From NCBI RefSeq assembly GCF_900105015.1, contig NZ_FNLK01000005.1, positions 1 to 32,000 on the forward strand: 32,000 bases of DNA. Direction: 5' to 3'. The translations under genes and the position numbers were made by a program. Under the pieces are notes generated by a model. It was not told the DNA's origin. It did no database searches and was given only the letters and a program-made list of their open reading frames with translations. This DNA is from Schaalia meyeri. Lineage in GTDB: Bacteria > Actinomycetota > Actinomycetes > Actinomycetales > Actinomycetaceae. Below, piece by piece: positions 25,796 through 32,000 of this stretch (its first letter is position 1; each line of letters begins with the position of its first letter).

Positions 25796-27448
25796 CTATG
25801 CCCATCCCTCCAGTGGCGCTATCCAACGGATCTGGGTGCCAACCCCGCCCTGGCCGGTATCGGTATCGAAGCTGCCGTTGTGGCGGCGGGCTCGCTCCGC
25901 CATGTTGGCCAGGCCGGAATTGCGCGTGCGCGCGGGGTCGATGCCTCGTCCATCATCGTTGATCGTGATACGCACCCGACCGGACTTGCCCTGACCGGAA
26001 ACATCAACGCACACGGTCGCCGCCGTCGCGTGCGCGTGTCGGGCGATATTCGATAGCCCCTCGCGCACGATTGCGACGACGTCGTCGGACAGGTCGGGGT
26101 CGACGCGTCCGTCGAACTCGTCGATGACGACCAACTCGTTGTCCAGATCCGAGTTGATTGCGGTTCCGTCAAGCGTGATAACCAGGGACGGCGCGTAGCC
26201 CAGGGCGGAGCGTGTCAGCGAGGATTCCCGGCGGATTCGCTCGACCAGGCCGACGGCCTTGTCCCGCTCACGAAGGTTGTGCACGATCGTGCGAATCTGG
26301 CGGACTGCCTCGTCGATGGAGGCGAGCGAGGAATCGATGAGGGTTTCCAGGGAGGCCGAATCCGCCTGTCCCGCCGCCACCTTCTGTTTCGCCGTGTCCA
26401 AGGCCATGCCTGTGGCAAAGAGCTGCTGGATCGCAAAGTCGTGCAGGTCGCGGCCGATGCGGTCGCGTTCGTCGAGCAGGGCGGCCACGTCTTGGGCGTG
26501 CCGCGCAGAGGCCAACTCCAGAGCCAGCGTGGCCTGGGAGGCCAGTGATTCCGCCAGCGAGAGTTCGGAGCTGTCGAACTCGGGGGCCCCGATCTGGCGC
26601 AGGAGGATGAGGACGCCGGAGGATATTCCGCGCGAGCGCAGGGGAGCGTAGAGCGCGGATCCGAATGCGGCCAGCTGCGGCAGACGCATGATTTGGGCGC
26701 GAGCCATCGAGTCGACGATCATGCCGGTGCCCTCGTGCAGGACGCTCATGGCCCGTCCCTCGGGGGGGAAAACGAGGCCGAGCAGGCTGGAGGCGTTCTT
26801 GCCGTCGGTGATCTCGGCGGCCCACGTGTCGCCCACGGATTGCAGGACGATGATGGCGGTGTCGGCGTGGGAGACCTCGCGTACGGTTTTCGCGATCAGC
26901 TCGAGCGCCTCTTCCTCGTCGGCGCCTTCGAGCATGGTCGTGGTCAGGGATTGGGAGGCGCTGATCCATCGTTCGGTGCGCCGAGAGTCCGCATAGAGGT
27001 GGGCGTTTTTGACGGCGATGCCTGCGGCCGGTGCCAGCGCGGTGAGAACGGCGGTGTCGGAGGCCGTGTAACCGCCGGGCTTTCCCGCGAGGTAGAGGCG
27101 ACCGTAGACCTGCTCGTGCACCAGGACGGATACGCCGAGGAACGGGGGAGTGGACGCGGGCAGGGTCAGGTCGGGTGCATCCGCGGGCGAGTTCACCAGG
27201 AGCGGCTCGGTGACGGGAATGGACGTCATGAGCGAGCGAGGAACGTCGGGCCCAGGCAGTGACTCGTGGTGCTCGAGTTGCAGCGTGGTGGCGCCCCACG
27301 TGTCCAGAACCGACAGGACGGCGTGGGGGGAAGCGGTGAGGGCGCAGGCCTGGTTGACGAAGTTTTGCAGGCCGGCCTGCAAGTCGAGCGAGCTGGTCAG
27401 ATCCAGGGCCGCCTCGAGAAGGGTGAAGTCCATGCGGTCGGGGCTCAT
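25796..27448 (-). CDS. Soluble GAF-GAF-HisKA_3-HATPase sensor histidine kinase, DosS/DevS/DosT-like
   Basis: No TM segments. The GAF-like regions contain FLGVSVLVHEQVYGRLYLAGK and AAGIAVKNAHLY. The H-box is ERDRIGRDLHDFAIQQLFATGMAL (HisKA_3). The ATPase region has REGLSNIARHA, NDDGRGI and SGLANMAERA. The ATG at 27448 overlaps the cydC stop (ATGA) and has a GGAGGAA RBS. The track start at 27535 is rejected. Confidence 0.85.
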   Translation of the reverse strand: MSPDRMDFTLLEAALDLTSSLDLQAGLQNFVNQACALTASPHAVLSVLDTWGATTLQLEHHESLPGPDVPRSLMTSIPVTEPLLVNSPADAPDLTLPASTPPFLGVSVLVHEQVYGRLYLAGKPGGYTASDTAVLTALAPAAGIAVKNAHLYADSRRTERWISASQSLTTTMLEGADEEEALELIAKTVREVSHADTAIIVLQSVGDTWAAEITDGKNASSLLGLVFPPEGRAMSVLHEGTGMIVDSMARAQIMRLPQLAAFGSALYAPLRSRGISSGVLILLRQIGAPEFDSSELSLAESLASQATLALELASARHAQDVAALLDERDRIGRDLHDFAIQQLFATGMALDTAKQKVAAGQADSASLETLIDSSLASIDEAVRQIRTIVHNLRERDKAVGLVERIRRESSLTRSALGYAPSLVITLDGTAINSDLDNELVVIDEFDGRVDPDLSDDVVAIVREGLSNIARHAHATAATVCVDVSGQGKSGRVRITINDDGRGIDPARTRNSGLANMAERARRHNGSFDTDTGQGGVGTQIRWIAPLEGWA

Positions 27449-29199
27449 TGTTCCTCCTGATCGAGGGCCCACCGGTAGGCGGGCAGGGCTTTTTGAACTT
27501 CTTCGTGCGTTCCGCGCGCGGTGATCGTGGCGCACTGGCCGGGCTCGGTGGACTCCAGGACGAGGACGTGGTCGGCCTGGTCCAGGGCGCTGAGCCGGTG
27601 CGTGACGACCAGGGTAGCGCGGTCGGGCGACGGAGTGAGGAGCGTTTCCATGAGTTTGTCGGCCGTTACTGCGTCAAGGTGCTCGGAGGCCTCGTCGACC
27701 GCCATGATCGGCGCGGGAGTCGCCAACGCGCGCGCCATGAGCAGGCGCCGCCGTTCTCCGCCGGACACGGTTGTTCCTCCCGAACCGATGATCGTGTCGA
27801 TTCCTTTCGGCAGGGACGCGATCCACTGGCCCAGTCCGGCTTGCTCCAGAAGGGAACGGGCCTGGCTGGGCATGAGGGAGGCCTTGGCGACTCGCAGGTT
27901 CTCGTAGATGCTCGTTGCAAAGACGTGTGCGTCCTCGGCGGTCATGGTGATGTGCGAAGCAACCTGGTCGCGGTCGGCCCCCCACGCGGGCACGCCGTTG
28001 ATCGTGGCTGTGCCGGACTTGGGCGGAATGATACCGGTCAGGGTAGCTAAAAGGGTGGTTTTTCCAATTCCCGATGCCCCGACGATGGCAAGGGAGGACC
28101 CCGGGCGTAGCGTGAGCGATATTCCGGCGGCCAGCGTGGGGCCACCCGGCCAGCCGATCGCCAGGTCTGTAGCTTCGATAACGGTGGGCCCCTTCGGGAT
28201 GTCGTGTGAGGCGGAGGGAGTGCCCTCGCCCAGCAGCGCGCAGATGCGCTGCGCGGCCTGGGCGCTGCGGACCAGCTGGGCTGCGGCGGGGGCCAGCTCG
28301 GCGACACCTTCGAAAGAGGAAAGCGGGACGAGGACGATGACCGCGAGGAGAACCTCGGATATGACGCCGGACGTCGTCTGGGGGATCCCGACCAGGAGGG
28401 TGCCGACGACAGACAGGCCCATCGCGCACGCGTCCAGGCCGCGAGCAAGCGCGGACAGGCGGGCAGAACGGGCGAGTGCCGCGTTGAGTGAGGCCTCCGA
28501 TCGGGCGAGCGAGTCCTTGGCACCAGGCAATGTTCCCGCAAGCGAAAGCTCGGTGGCCCCCTCCAGGATGGCCAGTGAGGTAGCGGCGATGTCGGCGCGT
28601 GCGCGGGCACCCCGGCTCTCGGCCAGTCGGACCGAACGGGCGATCAGTGCGGGGGCCACCAAGCCGGACGTAACGAGACCAAGGGCGAGAATTGCCCCGG
28701 CAGCGGGGGAAATCGCGGTAATCACTGCGACGGTACCGACGCCAACGACGAGCGCCACGAGCGCGGGCAGCAGGGTTTTGACCACGACGTTACCGACCTC
28801 GTCCACATCGGCCCCGGCGCGAGTCATGAGATCTCCGCGGCGAAGGGTTGACAGGGCGTTCGCGGGGGCCGCCGATAAGCGGTCGTAGAGGTTGCCTCGC
28901 AGGCGATCCATCCCGGTAAGCGCCACCTTGTGCGAGGCCAGGCGTGACAGGTAGCGGGCGAGTGCGCGCGACACGCCGAAGAGGCGCACCGACGTGGCCG
29001 CGACGGTCAGGTAGAGGAAGGGCGGTTGCTGGGAGGCGCGGGCGATCAGCCACGCGGCCGTTCCCCCCAGCGCGATCGCCGACCCCAGGGCCGCCACGCC
29101 GAGCAGGAGCGAGAGCGCGAAACCGGATCGAGATACCTGGAGCATCGCGATGCAGCGGCGTAGTGCCGCGGATTCCGAGCGGGTCAGGAAGAGCCTCAC
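27445..29199 (-). CDS. cydC: Thiol reductant ABC exporter subunit CydC
   Basis: The N-terminal TMD has the CydC hallmark AWLIARASQQPPFLYLTVAATSVRLFGVSRALARYLSRLASHKVAL. Walker A GASGIGKTT, signature VSGGERRR, Walker B IMAVDEASEHLD. The GTG start overlaps the cydD stop (GTGA). Confidence 0.88.
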   Translation of the reverse strand: MRLFLTRSESAALRRCIAMLQVSRSGFALSLLLGVAALGSAIALGGTAAWLIARASQQPPFLYLTVAATSVRLFGVSRALARYLSRLASHKVALTGMDRLRGNLYDRLSAAPANALSTLRRGDLMTRAGADVDEVGNVVVKTLLPALVALVVGVGTVAVITAISPAAGAILALGLVTSGLVAPALIARSVRLAESRGARARADIAATSLAILEGATELSLAGTLPGAKDSLARSEASLNAALARSARLSALARGLDACAMGLSVVGTLLVGIPQTTSGVISEVLLAVIVLVPLSSFEGVAELAPAAAQLVRSAQAAQRICALLGEGTPSASHDIPKGPTVIEATDLAIGWPGGPTLAAGISLTLRPGSSLAIVGASGIGKTTLLATLTGIIPPKSGTATINGVPAWGADRDQVASHITMTAEDAHVFATSIYENLRVAKASLMPSQARSLLEQAGLGQWIASLPKGIDTIIGSGGTTVSGGERRRLLMARALATPAPIMAVDEASEHLDAVTADKLMETLLTPSPDRATLVVTHRLSALDQADHVLVLESTEPGQCATITARGTHEEVQKALPAYRWALDQEEQ

Positions 29200-30884
29200 G
29201 GGCGCACCTCCTCGTCCGTGGTGGAGGTGACGTCGATGGCGACGTCGGCTACATCCATGATGGCGCTGCGGTGAGCGATGACGATGACCGTCCGGCCTTC
29301 AGCGCGCATCGCGTCGATCGCGCGAGCGACAGTCTCCTCGCTGACGGCATCCAGGTGGGCGGTCGGTTCGTCTAAGACGACGATCTGCGATTTGGCCGCG
29401 AGCGCTCGGGTCAGGGCCAGGCGCTGTCGTTGCCCGACGGACAAGCCCACGCCTGACGCGCCGATTGGGCTGTTCCAGCCGCGCGGCGCGGCAGCCAAGA
29501 CGGTGTCGAAACCGGTTGCTGCCGCGGCCGCGTTCAGATCCTCCAGCGGAAGGTCGCCCATGTTCTGCCGGATCGTGCCGGGAACCAGGGTGGGGGATTG
29601 GGGGACCCACGAGATGTTACGCCGCCAGGAGGCTGGGTCGATGTCGGTCAGCGGGACGTCGAGCGGATCATCGCGGGACGAGTCCGCTGCGCGTAGGAGG
29701 ATTCGTCCGGCGTCCGGAGTGACGTCGGCCAGCAGACAGGAAACGATCGTTGACTTTCCGGCACCCGAAGGCCCTAAAAGGGCGGTGACTATGCCCGGGC
29801 GGATGACTCCCGAGGTCGGTGTCGGTGCCCAAGCACCGCGGGAACGCACGCCGACGCCATCGATGACGATGTCGGTGCGCGACATATCCGGGCATGCACC
29901 CGTGCCCCGGGAAGCGATTGCCTCAGCCTCTTCGATGATGTCGAAGGCCGCGCGGGAGGCCGTCACTCCGTTGGCTGAGGCGTGAAACTGTGCGCCGACC
30001 TGGCGCAGCGGCTCAAAGACCTCGGGGGCCAGCATGATAACCGCCAGCCCGTGAAACAGCGCGATGTTGCCGTACACCAGGCGCGTGCCGACCTCAACGG
30101 CGACCAGCGCCACCGAGAGGGTTGTGAGGAACTCGAGGACGCCCCCCGAGAGGAAGGCGACGCGCAGCGTCGACATCGTCGCCTTCGTGTTTGCTGTGCC
30201 AAGTGCGCGCAGGTGAGTGCGCGGGGCCTTCTCGCGTCCGAGCGCGCGCAGCGTCGGAAGCCCCAACATGAGGTCCAAGAGCTGGGCGGTCAGCCGTTTC
30301 ATGGTCGCCAGCTTGTCTTCGGAAGCGGCCTGCGTGAAACGCCCGATAAGGATCATGAAGATCGGGATCAGGGGGATGACGAGCAACGCGATGAGCGCCG
30401 ACCAGAAGTCGAGCAGGAGGATAACACCCAAGGCCGCCGGCGTCACCGTGCAAACGAGTACCAGCTGGGGGAGGAATGCGATGAAGTAGGGACGCAGATC
30501 CTCGAGGCCGCTCGTCAGCAGCGTCGTCGTCTGCGCTCCGTTGATCGCTCGCCAACGCGGTCCCAACGCGATGCTGGAGTCAATCACGCGCTCGCGCAGC
30601 TCCGATACAGCGGCGGCGGCAGCGCGCGTGCTCACGGCCTCGCGTGCGGCCACCACCAGGGTGCGGCAGGCAACGATGGCCGCGATGCCGCCAATGATAG
30701 GGAGGACCTCCGACAGTGTTTTGCTGCCCGATACGACGGGGGACAGGGCGGAGGAAATCAGCAGAGCCTGGGCGAGTACCAACAGCGCAGTCGCCGTCCC
30801 CAGGGCGACCGTCACAGCAATGGGCACGCGAGCCGAACGGGCGTAGCGCAACAGGCGAGGATCAAATGGACGCACGGATACCAT
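29196..30884 (-). CDS. cydD: Thiol reductant ABC exporter subunit CydD
   Basis: ABC TMD plus NBD. Walker A GPSGAGKST, signature LSVGQRQRL, Walker B IVVLDEPTAHLD. It sits between cydB and cydC. Confidence 0.88.
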   Translation of the reverse strand: MVSVRPFDPRLLRYARSARVPIAVTVALGTATALLVLAQALLISSALSPVVSGSKTLSEVLPIIGGIAAIVACRTLVVAAREAVSTRAAAAAVSELRERVIDSSIALGPRWRAINGAQTTTLLTSGLEDLRPYFIAFLPQLVLVCTVTPAALGVILLLDFWSALIALLVIPLIPIFMILIGRFTQAASEDKLATMKRLTAQLLDLMLGLPTLRALGREKAPRTHLRALGTANTKATMSTLRVAFLSGGVLEFLTTLSVALVAVEVGTRLVYGNIALFHGLAVIMLAPEVFEPLRQVGAQFHASANGVTASRAAFDIIEEAEAIASRGTGACPDMSRTDIVIDGVGVRSRGAWAPTPTSGVIRPGIVTALLGPSGAGKSTIVSCLLADVTPDAGRILLRAADSSRDDPLDVPLTDIDPASWRRNISWVPQSPTLVPGTIRQNMGDLPLEDLNAAAAATGFDTVLAAAPRGWNSPIGASGVGLSVGQRQRLALTRALAAKSQIVVLDEPTAHLDAVSEETVARAIDAMRAEGRTVIVIAHRSAIMDVADVAIDVTSTTDEEVRP

Positions 30885-30945
30885 TGTGCCTTAAAAACGC
30901 TTCGTCATGGGTCTAAGGTCCTCGGCCTCGTCTCCACCGGATACG

Positions 30946-30982
30946 GCATCGCCCGGCCCCCTGATGTGGGACCGGGCGATGC
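30946..30982 (-). promoter_or_regulatory. Intercistronic stem-loop between cydB and cydD
   Basis: Perfect 11-bp stem: GCATCGCCCGG (30946-30956) pairs with CCGGGCGATGC (30972-30982) around a 15-nt loop. It begins 10 nt after the cydB stop on the minus strand and has no adjacent U-tract. Confidence 0.3.
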
Positions 30983-30992
30983 GGAGCGGGGG

Positions 30993-32000
30993 TTAGCCCG
31001 CCAGGAAGCTTTCTCCCACGCGGATCTTCTTCATCAGCAGACCCGTCTTGATCGACACATCCTCCGATCCGACGCGAGCACTGAAAACCCAGTACGACCA
31101 CAACACGTAGGCCAGGACGACCGGGACCAGGCACGCGGCGACGATCGTCATGACACCGAGAGTTGCGCTCGTTGACGAGGCCTGATCAATCGTCAGAGAA
31201 TACGCCGGGTTGATCGACGACTTTTGAACGGCGGGCGCCATCGAAGCGAAAACCCACGCAACCGCCCCCGCGATCGCCACCGACGAGGCCGTGAACGACC
31301 AGCCCTCACGGCGCAACGACGCCTGGGAGAGCGCGGCCGAGGCGATAATCGCGAGCGCGGCCACCACGAGCGGGATCCAGGCCAGGACATTCGTCGTGTA
31401 GGCGAACTGACCCCACACCAGCCACGCGGCGGCCAGCACGGTGGCGCCGATCGAGGCGGGCGCGGCGATAGCGTTCGCGCGCTCGCGCACCTCGCCCGTC
31501 GTCTTGAGCGCCAGGAACTGCGCGCCGTGAGCCAGGCTGATGGCGAGCACCGCCAGGCCGCCCAGGATCGTGTACGGGGTTAAGAGGGAGAAAAAACCAC
31601 CCGTCAATTGGTGCGTCGCCGTCGCCAGCGATTGATTGACCAGCGTCGGATCCACGATGGTGCCCGTTGCCACGTCAACGACCTCGATGCGCATACCCTG
31701 CACGAAGTTCGCAAAGGCAACGCCCAGCAGCAGTGGAACGAGCCACGCGCTGACCGTGTGGGCCCAATCCCAGGCGTGGCGCCACCTCTTCGTGGCGATT
31801 TTCGAGCGCCATTCGAGCGCCATGACGCGCACGATGAGGCACGCCAGGATGAGGAACAGCGGAATGTACATGCCGGAGAACATCGTCGCGTACCACTCCG
31901 GGAATGCGGCGAAGGTCGCGCCGCCAGCGGTGAGCAGCCACACCTCGTTCCCGTCCCAGTGAGGACCGATCGTGCGCACCGTTAGGGTGCGCTCGCGGTC
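30993..32000 (-). CDS. cydB: Cytochrome bd ubiquinol/menaquinol oxidase subunit II; the N-terminus lies off the window
   Basis: IGPHWDGNEVWLLTAGGATFAAFPEWYATMFSGMYIPLFLIL is the CydB signature. The frame stays open to position 32000, so the gene is truncated by the window edge. Confidence 0.9.
   Translation of the reverse strand, partial: DRERTLTVRTIGPHWDGNEVWLLTAGGATFAAFPEWYATMFSGMYIPLFLILACLIVRVMALEWRSKIATKRWRHAWDWAHTVSAWLVPLLLGVAFANFVQGMRIEVVDVATGTIVDPTLVNQSLATATHQLTGGFFSLLTPYTILGGLAVLAISLAHGAQFLALKTTGEVRERANAIAAPASIGATVLAAAWLVWGQFAYTTNVLAWIPLVVAALAIIASAALSQASLRREGWSFTASSVAIAGAVAWVFASMAPAVQKSSINPAYSLTIDQASSTSATLGVMTIVAACLVPVVLAYVLWSYWVFSARVGSEDVSIKTGLLMKKIRVGESFLAG

Noticed and set aside
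26268-27299. 343-aa Arg/Pro-rich ORF on the minus strand, in a different frame from the histidine kinase
   Set aside because: It is an out-of-frame overlap with a kinase frame that carries GAF, H-box and ATPase motifs. Its extreme R/P/G composition is typical of an off-frame translation.
1-32000. Scan of all intergenic regions for tRNA, rRNA, tmRNA, CRISPR repeats, IS ends or transposases, integrases and toxin-antitoxin-sized gene pairs
   Set aside because: I found no T-arm or anticodon-stem-like sequences, no regularly spaced direct repeats outside the fucosidase coding repeats, and no recombinase-like ORFs. This was a visual inspection only and could miss small RNAs.

Overview
High-GC actinobacterial chromosome. 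The gene order and protein motifs look like Actinomycetales, possibly Actinomycetaceae, but that is an inference because no search could be run. The window is almost entirely core housekeeping genes arranged in conserved blocks. (1) The end of the dcw/cell-division cluster: pgeF (partial), sepF, yggT and divIVA, followed by lspA, rluD and dnaE. (2) A small S4-domain gene on the minus strand, a three-gene translationally coupled cassette of unknown function, and then infC-rpmI-rplT-trmH. (3) thiL, a small ORF, an orphan TetR gene, rpmB (minus strand), then a DAK2 gene, recG, rsmD, coaD, a sepIVA-like gene, yceD and rnc. (4) A DosR/DevR-like response regulator, a large secreted multidomain GH29 alpha-L-fucosidase, and on the minus strand cydB (partial), cydD, cydC and a DosS/DevS-like GAF-GAF histidine kinase. 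I found no tRNA, rRNA, CRISPR array, transposase, integrase or recognisable defence system. Several ORF-track starts were corrected from N-terminal motifs, RBS positions and stop/start overlaps: divIVA, the SseB-like gene, infC, thiL, the DAK2 gene, recG, the sepIVA-like gene, rnc, the response regulator, the fucosidase and the kinase. The observations most worth a second look are these. (a) The DosS-like kinase is fused by an ATGA overlap onto the end of cydC, so it appears to be the last cistron of the cytochrome bd operon. Its likely DosR-like partner lies 3.9 kb away on the other strand, directly after rnc, with the fucosidase gene between them. (b) infC has an ATC start and a leader with mutually exclusive terminator-like and competing helices. 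(c) A tightly coupled three-ORF cassette of unknown function lies upstream of infC. (d) dnaE is probably leaderless. I see nothing I can defend as a clearly novel multi-gene system, and all family assignments come from motif recognition, not database searches.
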